Assembly: GCA_012512855.1 (NCBI GenBank)
Contig: JAAZDK010000138.1
Location: 197-64,196 of the forward strand
DNA from: Clostridiales bacterium
GTDB taxonomy: Bacteria; Bacillota; Clostridia; Lachnospirales; Lachnospiraceae
Length of the DNA stretch: 64,000 nucleotides
Direction: 5' to 3'
Shown: in pieces, positions 1 to 9,281 of the stretch
Layout: each line of letters begins with the position of its first letter
Position numbering within the stretch: position 1 is the first letter of the stretch
Made by a program: the position numbers and the translations under genes
The notes under the pieces: generated by a model
The model's input: only the letters and a program-made list of their open reading frames with translations
What the model was told of the DNA's origin: nothing
Database searches by the model: none

Positions 1-1
1 G

Positions 2-430
2 GAAATGAAAAAACGTATTCTTGACAATGGTAATATAACTCATTCCAGGTCTAACGAATATGCATCATATATTATGGAGGCTGTAGTAACCAATAAGGCG
101 TTCAAGTTTGGCGGCAATGTCTTAAATACCGGGCTCATTGATAATCTTCCGGCAGATGCCTGTGTTGAGGTGCCTTGCCTTGCGGATGCTCAGGGAATCC
201 ATCCGTGTCATGTAGGCAGGCTTCCGGTACAGCTGGCGGCCATGAATATGACTAATATAAATGTTCATTTGGTGACGATTGAAGCAGCGGTAACAAGAAA
301 GAGGGAGCATATATATCAGGCGGCCATGCTGGATCCCCATACGGCAGCAGAGCTTTCCATAGATGATATAGTAAAAATGTGTGATGATTTAATCGAGGCT
401 CATGGAGATTATATGAAGGATTACATGTAA
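2..430 (+). CDS. Glycoside hydrolase family 4 (alpha-galactosidase/alpha-glucosidase, MelA-like), C-terminal part; truncated by window edge
   Basis: SNEYAS, GNVLNTGLIDNLP, VEVPC and AAMLDPHTAAEL motifs typical of the GH4 C-terminal domain. Confidence 0.85.
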   Translation, partial: EMKKRILDNGNITHSRSNEYASYIMEAVVTNKAFKFGGNVLNTGLIDNLPADACVEVPCLADAQGIHPCHVGRLPVQLAAMNMTNINVHLVTIEAAVTRKREHIYQAAMLDPHTAAELSIDDIVKMCDDLIEAHGDYMKDYM

Positions 431-506
431 TGAGTCTTGTGCCAGGGATACATGATAACAAAGGTTCGCACATAAACCAGAGGGTGCATAGAGGCGCGTA
501 GCTTGA

Positions 507-562
507 CACAAGGGACGTGGGTAGTGTAACACATCAAGGTGACACTACCCATTTCTCTTATG
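507..562. repeat. Imperfect inverted repeat downstream of the GH4 gene (terminator or REP-like doublet)
   Basis: cacaagggacgtgggtagtgtaac pairs with gtgacactacccatttctcttatg; core tgggtagtgt/acactaccca is perfect. Confidence 0.5.
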
Positions 563-576
563 CCCTCTTGTCACCT

Positions 577-639
577 ATGTTTACGAAGATAAATTTATAT
601 CTTATAAATGTTTACAAACATAAAGATAATGGGTATAAT
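577..639 (+). promoter_or_regulatory. Sigma-A promoter of the HTH-Fic gene overlapped by repeated operator-like boxes
   Basis: tttaca(611-616)-17 bp-tataat(634-639); direct repeats atgtttacgaagataaa (577-593) and atgtttacaaacataaa (608-624). Confidence 0.55.
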
Positions 640-659
640 ATGATTATGGGGTGATTATT

Positions 660-1598
660 TTGGGAATTAAATATGATGGCCTGTTTCAATTGCTTAGAGA
701 AAGAAAAATATCAAAAACGGAACTGCGAAGAAGACTTGGACTCTCATCAGCAACAATAGCCAAGCTGGCGAAAAATGAACCGGTATCATTAAAGGTAATA
801 GAGGATATATGCAAGGAATTAGCCTGCCAGCCGGGTGATATATTGCATTATGAGCCTGATAATTCCCATAATAATAAGCTTTTGGCATTACTTCTTGAAG
901 AAAAGGAAATGAAGCTAAAGGGAGGGCTTTATCATACAAGCCAGATAAAATTTGCCTATAATTCTAATCATATAGAAGGCAGCCGCTTGTCTGAAGAACA
1001 GACAAGATATATTTATGAAACGAACACGTTGGCAGTGGAAGAAGATGAGCTTATATCGGTAGATGATATAATAGAGACGGTAAATCATTTTCGATGCTTT
1101 GATTATATTCTTGATCATGTTAATGATGAATTGTCCGAAGAATTAATAAAGACCTGCCATAAAATTCTTAAGAGCAATACATCCGATAGCAGAAAGGATT
1201 GGTTTCGTGTAGGTGAGTATAAGATGAGACCAAATACAGTCGGTGAAAGAAAGACAACCTCACCTGCAAAAGTAAAAGGGGAGATGGCAAGGCTTCTCAT
1301 AGAATATAATGAGAAGCGCATCATTACTCTGGATGACATATTAGACTTCCATTATAGATTTGAATCCATTCATCCATTCCAGGACGGTAATGGAAGAGTC
1401 GGAAGGCTAATCATGTTTAAGGAATGTCTGAAGCATAATATTATGCCATTCATAATTGGCGAACGCCACAAGCTGTACTATTACCGAGGTTTGAGCGAAT
1501 ATGAGAATGAGAAGGGATTTTTAAGGGACACATGTCTGTCTGCACAGGACCTGTATAAAGAATTAGTAAATTACTTTATGAAAGAAAACATAGAGTAG
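660..1598 (+). CDS. Xre/Cro-type HTH - Fic domain fusion protein (AMPylase-like)
   Basis: N-terminal HTH (KTELRRRLGLSSATIAKL...CQPGDIL); SNHIEG inhibitory-type motif; canonical HPFQDGNGRVGR; RBS ggggtg before TTG at 660. Confidence 0.9.
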   Translation: MGIKYDGLFQLLRERKISKTELRRRLGLSSATIAKLAKNEPVSLKVIEDICKELACQPGDILHYEPDNSHNNKLLALLLEEKEMKLKGGLYHTSQIKFAYNSNHIEGSRLSEEQTRYIYETNTLAVEEDELISVDDIIETVNHFRCFDYILDHVNDELSEELIKTCHKILKSNTSDSRKDWFRVGEYKMRPNTVGERKTTSPAKVKGEMARLLIEYNEKRIITLDDILDFHYRFESIHPFQDGNGRVGRLIMFKECLKHNIMPFIIGERHKLYYYRGLSEYENEKGFLRDTCLSAQDLYKELVNYFMKENIE

Positions 1599-1714
1599 CT
1601 CACATATAGTAATTAATATTCAGTGGTAAGATAGAAGAACGTTGCCTACAGAAAAACCGAATTTGAATACTGGAAATAAAGCGTTTCAGTTAATAATCTG
1701 GCATATAAGCTGAT

Positions 1715-1747
1715 AAACCGCCTGAGGAATCTGTTCCCAGGCGGTTT
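1715..1747. terminator. Intrinsic terminator between convergent genes
   Basis: aaaccgcctg...caggcggttt hairpin. Confidence 0.7.
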
Positions 1748-1846
1748 GTTTAAGTATTCTTTTATGTCAGCTGATATTTCAGCTTGTGATTTAACAGAAA
1801 AGACCATGTTACGACGCGCTCTAACAAGATAGTCCTTCCGGTTCTT

Positions 1847-2734
1847 TTAAAAGCCCAGAAGCTTCTTGCCATAATCACACTGATATTGAAGCTGATACTG
1901 CTTTGGCGGACATCCTATGTAATTTGAAAAGCTCCTGGAAAAGCTGGAATAATTATTAAAACCGACCATAAAACATACATCATATGGGGATTTGCCCTGC
2001 TGCAGATATTGCTGCGCAAGGGTTATTCTTTTTGCATTTATAAAGTATTTTAGTGAATTGCCGGTTGCATTTTTGAAAACTCTGCTTAGATAATCACTGT
2101 TGTGATGAAAGTGTTCGGCAATACTGTTTACAGTGAGGTCACCTGTAATGTTTTGCTCAATATACTCAATAACATTAAAAACAATAGTTGGCATTAGGCT
2201 TTCATAATGTGGTGAGGAAGACAAATCCATATATTGAGCGGCTGTTATCATAAATTCTGTTAAAAGGGCACGTGATAATAATTTCCAGCCAAATTGTTTT
2301 GATGCTATACATTTTTCAAGCCTGTCAGCAAGTGTTACGAACTGCTGGAGGGTTGGCTCGTCTAAATGTATTAGATTAAACCTGCCGGAGAGCATTTGAC
2401 GAAAGCAAACAGACAGATCTGTTTCATCATCACAGATTTCCTGCAAATATTTTAATTTGATATTTATTGTAATACGTTCGTAATCCGTGACACCTGTTAA
2501 ATTCATACCATGAAAAGAGTAAGGGCTGACAAAGACTATATCTCCCCTCTCCATATCTTTCACTAGCGATTCAACAATTACACTAGCATTTCCGCCTAAA
2601 AAAATTATTATTTCATATCCATCATGATTGTGAGGGGTAACTGTTAAAGATGACATAGTAATTCTGTTAAGCTTGTGTTCGCATATAATATCCTGATCAA
2701 TTATTGTGCTTGGGCAATACCAAACATTTTTCAT
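1847..2734 (-). CDS. AraC-family transcriptional regulator (cupin + HTH)
   Basis: PHNHDGYEI cupin motif; YLSRVFKNATG and VGFNNYSSFSRSF...PKQY; likely start ATG 2734 after ggag. Confidence 0.9.
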   Translation of the reverse strand: MKNVWYCPSTIIDQDIICEHKLNRITMSSLTVTPHNHDGYEIIIFLGGNASVIVESLVKDMERGDIVFVSPYSFHGMNLTGVTDYERITINIKLKYLQEICDDETDLSVCFRQMLSGRFNLIHLDEPTLQQFVTLADRLEKCIASKQFGWKLLSRALLTEFMITAAQYMDLSSSPHYESLMPTIVFNVIEYIEQNITGDLTVNSIAEHFHHNSDYLSRVFKNATGNSLKYFINAKRITLAQQYLQQGKSPYDVCFMVGFNNYSSFSRSFSNYIGCPPKQYQLQYQCDYGKKLLGF

Positions 2735-2799
2735 TTGATTACTCTGCTCCTTATTATTTTCAATAACAGTTAATAGCCTTATGATACAGAATTTCTCAT

Positions 2800-3105
2800 A
2801 CCGTAGCTGATACGTTTGATGCAATCACATCCAAAACAGCATACCACAAAAAGGATACACCGCTGAAGGCACTTGAGCAAATCCAGCTAAACAGTACTGA
2901 ACAGTATGATCTTAGTATCTGCAAAATTTTTGTAAATAAAATCATAAATTACTACAGCGGCAGGGAAATACGATTAAGTAATGAACGGGTCGGAAGTATT
3001 GTAAAAATTGATATGGCGGCTATTTCAAAACCAATAGTATGCTGTGATAATGAATATCATGATTTATTTGTGGAAAAAGAGCTTGAAATTGTGGAGTTTC
3101 TTTAA
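2800..3105 (+). pseudogene. C-terminal remnant of an HD-GYP phosphodiesterase (no start, no HD/GYP motifs)
   Basis: Translates TVADTFDAITSKTAYHKKDTPLKALEQ...KPIVCCDNEYHDLFVEKELEIVEFL*; about 48/80 identical by hand alignment to the C-terminal part of 4929..5795; in-frame stop a few codons upstream. Confidence 0.85.
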
Positions 3106-3203
3106 ACTAATAGTATGCAGCCAAAGCTTATGAGCTTGATGGTAGAACGCTATTAGCTGCTGTTATTAGTCAGTACAAAAGAATAAGGAAAGGGGCATTC
3201 ATT

Positions 3204-3536
3204 ATGACGACAGATCTGTTGGCCTGGCTTATTTCAGGGCTTTGTGTGTTGGCATTCATAGCACTATGGTTTAGCGTGTGCTACAGGGAGCTGTCCGCAA
3301 AAAGAAAAAATCTTCTTGCAGTGGGTGAGCAGGTTAGGATGCACAGATTATTATATATGCAGGAAAGAGGTGGCGAAAATGATATTGCCGCGCAAAAGAT
3401 ACTGGAAAACAGGCTTATGGTATATCAGAAGCTTGAAAAGGATTACAATGCCATGCTAAAAAGACCTTTTAACCGTATCCCCAGCTATATTATGGGCTTT
3501 CATTCAGTAAAAAATGAGAACGGTATTAATTGCTGA
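3204..3536 (+). CDS. Small membrane-anchored protein, LemA-like fragments
   Basis: RBS aaggaaagggg; N-terminal TM helix; C-terminal YNAMLKRPFNRIPSYIMGF resembles the LemA YN..FP....GF end. Confidence 0.55.
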   Translation: MTTDLLAWLISGLCVLAFIALWFSVCYRELSAKRKNLLAVGEQVRMHRLLYMQERGGENDIAAQKILENRLMVYQKLEKDYNAMLKRPFNRIPSYIMGFHSVKNENGINC

Positions 3537-3637
3537 ACTGATGAAATATATCAGAGATATATAATTTGGCAATTAGCCTCTAATATCATTATTGTATAAA
3601 ATACTGATGTAAAAAAGTCGTAATTATGCTAGACTAT

Positions 3638-3674
3638 GGGTATCGGAAGCAAATGAATGTTTCCGGTACCTTTT
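3638..3674 (+). terminator. Intrinsic terminator
   Basis: gggtatcggaa...ttccggtacc followed by T-tract. Confidence 0.55.
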
Positions 3675-3741
3675 ATTTGTATTATTCGGGTACCTTAAGC
3701 ATTATTTGAGCTCAATATGTAAGCTTTTGGAGGTAAAACTG

Positions 3742-4506
3742 ATGACAAAACAGGAATTGATAAGCAAAGCCGATTATTATAGAAGCTTAATCGCAGTGAA
3801 GAAGCCTTTAGATTCAGAGCATAAAACAGCATTAGCCAATCACTTCAGGCTTGCCTGCATATGTGGCAGCAATGCGCTTGAAGGCAGTATACTCAGTCAT
3901 GATCAAATCAGAAGTATATTGGAGGATGTAAGCGGCCCGGAGGAAAAGGATAAACATAATTACAAAGAAATCATAGGACATGCACAGGCCTATGACTATA
4001 TGCTGTCACTGGCGCTGACGGATAAGCTCGAACTAAGCGAAGACAATATAAAAAGGCTGCATTATTTGCTTTATCATAGGATTGACGACCGGATGGCGGG
4101 GCAATATCGTGAGGTCTGTATTCAAGAGGGCGCGGGCTATCAGCCGCCAGGACCGGAGGAGCTGGCTCATCTGATGAGTCATTTCATCAATCAGATGCAA
4201 AGCTCCAAAAGGCTCCTGCATCCTGTTGAGTATGCAACCCTTTGCCATAAACGTTTGCTGGATATTCAGCCTTTTGAAAAGGGAAATGGTATTGTGGCCA
4301 GGCTATTGCTGAATCTGATATTGATAACGGAGGGATATGGCATGGCGGTATTTGCTTTGGGACATATGGATGAATATGCAGATGGTTTGAGATTATCACG
4401 AAAAAAAATTGATCCGGACATAGATCCGCTGGTAAGGCTGGTAGCCGAGTGTCTGGTTAATACCCAGATTGAGTATTGCAAATGGCAGGAGATTGAACAG
4501 GATTAA
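3742..4506 (+). CDS. Fic-family protein with degenerate active site
   Basis: SNALEG, AGQYR and IQPFEKGNGIVARLL in place of HPFxDGNGRxxR; RBS ggaggt before ATG 3742. Confidence 0.8.
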   Translation: MTKQELISKADYYRSLIAVKKPLDSEHKTALANHFRLACICGSNALEGSILSHDQIRSILEDVSGPEEKDKHNYKEIIGHAQAYDYMLSLALTDKLELSEDNIKRLHYLLYHRIDDRMAGQYREVCIQEGAGYQPPGPEELAHLMSHFINQMQSSKRLLHPVEYATLCHKRLLDIQPFEKGNGIVARLLLNLILITEGYGMAVFALGHMDEYADGLRLSRKKIDPDIDPLVRLVAECLVNTQIEYCKWQEIEQD

Positions 4507-4538
4507 GCTGATATTTGCATCTTAGGATTATGAATTGA

Positions 4539-4564
4539 GAGCACGCGTAAGCGTGCTCATTTTT
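4539..4564 (+). terminator. Intrinsic terminator
   Basis: gagcacgc-gtaa-gcgtgctc plus T-tract. Confidence 0.75.
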
Positions 4565-4928
4565 AATTAGGGAAATTTACATTAGAATAGAGCACTTAGA
4601 ATAAGCCCTTTGAATTGGAGCATTAATTAAAGGCCCATTAATTAGAGACCTTTATTAGAGATTTTATAATTTATTGACCAATTTCTACAATAGACAGTCC
4701 AATTTTTACATTTTACGTTTTATACCTACTTTATTTTGTATAATTCTTAACTAAGAAGAGCTTGCCAAGAAAAATATCGCGGGCATATAACCTGTCTAAG
4801 ACTGTCCAAGAGATAGAAACAAACATATAACATTAATAACATTAGCTTGCTTTGAGCTTGTTTATGAAAAAGCTTTGGTCATAAAAAAATTACGGGTAAA
4901 TTAATTTTAAGACCCAGGGGTGAGTGCT

Positions 4929-5795
4929 ATGTTCAGTATCGAAGAAAGCTATAATCAGGCGATAAGAATTGTGAGAAATATAGTGGAGGATATCAGATTC
5001 AGCCGACAGCTGTATTTTGAGCCGGTAAAGGCATGGTCATGTCAAATATGTCAAAGCATTACAGATGATTTTGAGCTGTTGGCCATAATACATAATTTTA
5101 AGGATAAGAATCCATATATGTATTCCCATCCCGTTAATGTTGCCCTGATATCCTATGTTATCGGAAAATGGATGAATATGGATGGAACAAAGCTGGAAAA
5201 TCTGCTTTGCGCAGGGCTCTTGCATGATATTGGGAAGGCCAGGATTAAGGACAGCATATTAGACAAGGAAGCTGATTTAACACCGGATGAAATTGAAAAA
5301 ATAATGGCACATCCGGTTGTCGGTTATAAAATAATCAGTAGTGTCAACCTGTTCAATATCCAGATACTACAGGGGATTTTATTCCACCATGAGAGAATGG
5401 ATGGCAGCGGTTATCCGTTAGAACTCAAAGGTGAAAAAATCAATATATACAGCAGGATAATAGCAGTTGCCGATAGTTATGATGCAATAACAACCAACAA
5501 AGTATACAGAAAAAAGGATTCGCCATTAAAGGCGCTTGAGGAGATACAGGAAAACAGTACGCAACAGCTGGATGTGGCCATTTGCAAGATCTTTATACAT
5601 AATTTAATTAACTTCTTTAATGGCAGAGCTATTCTCCTAAATAATAAACAGATTGGCAGTATAGTAAGAATTAATCCGGCAGCAATAGCAAAGCCAATGG
5701 TTTGCTCGGTTCTGCCAATTTGCTTTTTCTTGAGAGTACGCATTTTGTATGCGTACTTTATTTTATCTGAATTCTGTCAAAACACCGATATGTAA
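4929..5795 (+). CDS. HD-GYP domain phosphodiesterase; native C-terminal tail apparently replaced
   Basis: YSHPVNVA, LLHDIGK, HHERMDGSGYP, RIIAVADSYDA; similarity to the 2800..3105 paralogue stops after KPMVC. Confidence 0.88.
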   Translation: MFSIEESYNQAIRIVRNIVEDIRFSRQLYFEPVKAWSCQICQSITDDFELLAIIHNFKDKNPYMYSHPVNVALISYVIGKWMNMDGTKLENLLCAGLLHDIGKARIKDSILDKEADLTPDEIEKIMAHPVVGYKIISSVNLFNIQILQGILFHHERMDGSGYPLELKGEKINIYSRIIAVADSYDAITTNKVYRKKDSPLKALEEIQENSTQQLDVAICKIFIHNLINFFNGRAILLNNKQIGSIVRINPAAIAKPMVCSVLPICFFLRVRILYAYFILSEFCQNTDM

Positions 5796-5880
5796 AGCAT
5801 CAGCATTTTGGCATGGTAATAACTAGCTCCCGAATAGTAATAATTGGCTTGGGGACAATAGATCATGGAGGTGAGTTATA

Positions 5881-6654
5881 TTGGTATCACGTAAAACGGT
5901 TATAACATTTGGTATGGTAGCCATACCAATAGCCATGTTTACAGCTACACAGGATAATGATATACATTTTAACCAGTTGCATAAGGATGACAACAGCCGC
6001 ATCCGCTACAAGAAAACTTGCATTCATTGCGGAAAGGAAATTAAGGCTGAGGATATTGTAAAGGGATTTGAATATGATAAGGATAAATATGTTGTCATAA
6101 CCGATGAGGAGATAGAAAAAATAAAAACAGAGAAGGAAAAGTCAATACAGATACTGCATTTTGCCCAGCTTAACCAGATTTCTCCCGTATACTACGACAA
6201 GACTTATCAGGCTGCACCTGAACCGGGGGGCGAAAAGGCTTTTGAGCTGCTCCGGGCAGCCCTGATGGCGGAGCAGAAAATTGCTATAGGCAAGACTGTA
6301 CTGGGAACCAGGGATACGCTCATGGCCATCATTCCACGAGAGGATGGCATTCTGATTTCCACTATGTTTTATGCCGATGAGGTCAAAGCCTTACAACGTC
6401 AATACACCAAACCGGAAATTTCCGAGCAGGAATTAAATATGGCAAAGCTCTTAATAAATTCAATGGACACGCCCTTTGATCCGTCCAAATACAAGGATGA
6501 GTACCAGGCCAGACTTCGCCAGCTTATCGAGGCAAAGATTGCCGGCAAGGAGATTGTTGCTGCCGAGCCTGCTGCTGAGGGCAAGGTGATAGATCTTATG
6601 GAGGCTCTTAAGGCAAGCATTGAAAAGGCAAAATCAGAAAAAGTGACGGCATAG
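5881..6654 (+). CDS. ku: Ku protein (non-homologous end joining)
   Basis: ITFGMVAIPI, FNQLH, RIRYKK, IVKGFEY, YKDEY, VIDLMEALKAS; RBS ggaggtga + TTG. Confidence 0.97.
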   Translation: MVSRKTVITFGMVAIPIAMFTATQDNDIHFNQLHKDDNSRIRYKKTCIHCGKEIKAEDIVKGFEYDKDKYVVITDEEIEKIKTEKEKSIQILHFAQLNQISPVYYDKTYQAAPEPGGEKAFELLRAALMAEQKIAIGKTVLGTRDTLMAIIPREDGILISTMFYADEVKALQRQYTKPEISEQELNMAKLLINSMDTPFDPSKYKDEYQARLRQLIEAKIAGKEIVAAEPAAEGKVIDLMEALKASIEKAKSEKVTA

Positions 6655-6656
6655 CT

Positions 6657-9281
6657 ATGGCTGGAGAACTGAAGGAATATAAAAGGAAGAGGAATTTTGA
6701 TATAACACCTGAGCCGGAAGGTGAAGCCGGATACTCGGAGTCAGGCTTGCGTTTTGTCGTGCAGCATCACATGGCCCGTAAGGAGCATTATGATCTGCGG
6801 CTTGAATGGGCAGGTGTTCTTCTTAGCTGGGCTGTTCCCAAGGGACCTTCCTATAATACACAGGTCAGGAGACTGGCAATACAGGTAGAGGATCATCCTT
6901 TGGAATATGCCAATTTTGAAGGTACAATTCCTAAAGGTGAATACGGCGGTGGAGTGGTCATGCTATGGGATGAAGGTTTTTGGGAGCCTTACGGCAATGT
7001 GGAGGATGCTTTGTCTGAAGGAGTTCTGAAATTTGAGCTGAAGGGTCGTAGGCTGAAGGGGAAATGGGCTCTGATACGCTTAAGGAAAAAGGCAGGTGAA
7101 GATAAGGACAGCTGGCTCTTTCTGAAGGAAAAGGATGAGTATGCAGGAAATGATGATGGAATAAGTGAGTATAATACCAGCATCAGAACCGGTCGAACAA
7201 TGGAAGAGATAGAGAGGGGAGAGGACGAAAAATTTATAAAAAACCCCTTTTATATGATACAACCCCAGTTAGCAAAGCTTGCAAAGGAGCCTCCTGAGGG
7301 AGATGACTGGCTTTTTGAGCTTAAGTATGATGGCTACAGGATTATTGCATTTGTCGAAGCAAACAATGTGCGTTTAATAACAAGGAACGGCTATGACTAT
7401 TCAATCCGATTCTCTGATGTTGCAGGCTCTCTTGCCAGCCTGTCAAAAGGGCGGCCTATGGTGCTGGATGGGGAGATTGTGGTAACCGATAAGGAAGGCA
7501 GGTCTGATTTTTCTGCTCTCCAAAGCTTTTTAAAAAACCCAAAGGGAAAAAACCTGGTCTATATAATATTTGATTTACTGGCCCTGGATGGAGTTGATCT
7601 GCGAAAACGCCCGCTCACAGACAGAAAGGAAATGCTGCAGAGGCTTTTGGCACAAGCCCCGAAGAATTTGTATTACAGCCGGCATGTAAGAGGCAAAGGC
7701 AAGGAAAGCTTTGCTGCAGCCAATGAAGCCGGTATGGAGGGGATTGTCGCAAAAAGGGCTGATTCCATATACAGCGGAGGCAGAAGCGGTGACTGGATTA
7801 AGATAAAATGTGACAGAAGGCAGGAATTTGTCATAGGGGGCTACACTATAAGTGATAAACGTCTGGAAGGAGTAAGCTCGTTACTTCTAGGTGTGTATGA
7901 GGGTGAGAATTTAGTTTATGCAGGTCGTGCGGGAACCGGCATCAGCGAGTCGGAAATGAGGTTTCTGGAGGAGAGATTCAAAAGCATTGTTCGTGATACA
8001 TCCCCTTTTTTATTGCCGCCCAAGCCAAGGCCTGACGAGAGGATCATTTGGCTTGAGCCTCTATTGGTAGCAGAGATTAAGTTTGCCGAATGGACACAGG
8101 ATAATTTATTAAGACAGGCAAGCTATAAGGGCTTGCGAATGGATAAGGAGCCGAGGTCAATCAGACGGGAAGGATTTTTTACAGAGGAAGACAAGGAGGA
8201 GATAGCAGAGGATTATCAGGCTGAGAATGAGGAAAGAAAGGCAGAAGCAGTAGAAACTCAGAAGGAAATTGCGGAGGAAGCAGGAAAATCACAGACTAAA
8301 ATACAGAAAGCAGAGGCTGATCAACAGAAGGAAATAAATGAGCAAACTGCTTTTAATGAAAGACAGAATGAAAAATCAGAGGTATTTCAGATAGGTGAAG
8401 ATGAGAATATGGTACAGCTGGCAAATGAATTAATTATACATGGAGTTAGAATCAGCAATCCTGATAAGATAATTTATGAGGAGCCCAGACTCACAAAGGA
8501 GGATGTTGTCCGCTATTATGCTGCGGTTTCTGAGCGTATGCTCCCCTATCTAAGCAACAGGCTTCTGACTGCCATACGATGTCCCAAAGGGATAGGCCAG
8601 ACATGCTTCTATAAAAAGCATCCCGGTCCGGGAAGCAAAGAAGTTGTCATAATGCCTGTGGCCAAAGAGGACGGGGAGCTTGAGGAATATTTCTATATAG
8701 ATAGCATTGCCGGCCTTATAGAAGAGGTTCAGATGGGTACGATTGAATTTCATCTATGGGGCAGCAGGGTTTATACACTTGAGGAGCCGGATATGATGGT
8801 GTTTGATTTGGATCCTGATGAAGGGATGGAGCTAGCCCGGATACGGCAGGGGGTGCTGGATGTTAAAAGTATACTCGATGAATTGGGGCTAAAATCTTAT
8901 CTTAAGACCAGTGGAGGCAAGGGCTATCATGTTGTGGTACCGTTTGAGGCGTCAGCATCCTGGGATTTGTTTAGTGACTTTGCCAAAAAGGTTGCATTGG
9001 TAATGGAACAGAAGTGGCCTGATCGATATACCAGCAATGTGAGAAAAAGCAGCCGTTCGGGCAGGATATTCATTGACTGGATTAGAAATTCAAGAGCAGC
9101 CACCAGTGTGGCACCCTATTCCTTGCGGGCCAGAAAAGGAGCAAAAATCTCCATGCCTATAGGGTGGGATGAGCTTGACAAGGTAGCTCCGGATGGAATA
9201 ACGATAACTGACGCTTTGAAGAGAATAGCAGCTGATGATCCCTGGAAGGACTTTTTTGAAACAGAGCAAAAGCTGAGATAG
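6657..9281 (+). CDS. ligD: DNA ligase D (phosphoesterase - ATP-dependent ligase - polymerase)
   Basis: FVVQHH..RKEHYDLRLE...SWAVPKGP (PE); ELKYDGYR, LDGE, EGIVAK, WIKIK (ligase); FDLDPD, KTSGGKGYH, VAPYSLRA (polymerase). Confidence 0.97.
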   Translation: MAGELKEYKRKRNFDITPEPEGEAGYSESGLRFVVQHHMARKEHYDLRLEWAGVLLSWAVPKGPSYNTQVRRLAIQVEDHPLEYANFEGTIPKGEYGGGVVMLWDEGFWEPYGNVEDALSEGVLKFELKGRRLKGKWALIRLRKKAGEDKDSWLFLKEKDEYAGNDDGISEYNTSIRTGRTMEEIERGEDEKFIKNPFYMIQPQLAKLAKEPPEGDDWLFELKYDGYRIIAFVEANNVRLITRNGYDYSIRFSDVAGSLASLSKGRPMVLDGEIVVTDKEGRSDFSALQSFLKNPKGKNLVYIIFDLLALDGVDLRKRPLTDRKEMLQRLLAQAPKNLYYSRHVRGKGKESFAAANEAGMEGIVAKRADSIYSGGRSGDWIKIKCDRRQEFVIGGYTISDKRLEGVSSLLLGVYEGENLVYAGRAGTGISESEMRFLEERFKSIVRDTSPFLLPPKPRPDERIIWLEPLLVAEIKFAEWTQDNLLRQASYKGLRMDKEPRSIRREGFFTEEDKEEIAEDYQAENEERKAEAVETQKEIAEEAGKSQTKIQKAEADQQKEINEQTAFNERQNEKSEVFQIGEDENMVQLANELIIHGVRISNPDKIIYEEPRLTKEDVVRYYAAVSERMLPYLSNRLLTAIRCPKGIGQTCFYKKHPGPGSKEVVIMPVAKEDGELEEYFYIDSIAGLIEEVQMGTIEFHLWGSRVYTLEEPDMMVFDLDPDEGMELARIRQGVLDVKSILDELGLKSYLKTSGGKGYHVVVPFEASASWDLFSDFAKKVALVMEQKWPDRYTSNVRKSSRSGRIFIDWIRNSRAATSVAPYSLRARKGAKISMPIGWDELDKVAPDGITITDALKRIAADDPWKDFFETEQKLR

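Noticed and set aside
1674-1697. aaagcgtttcagtt, a partial match to the fucU operator
   Set aside because: Only a half-site, between convergent gene ends with no promoter to control
4745-4870. c-di-GMP riboswitch upstream of HD-GYP
   Set aside because: Neither class I (GGCAAA...GAAA...GCAAA) nor class II core is present in the right arrangement
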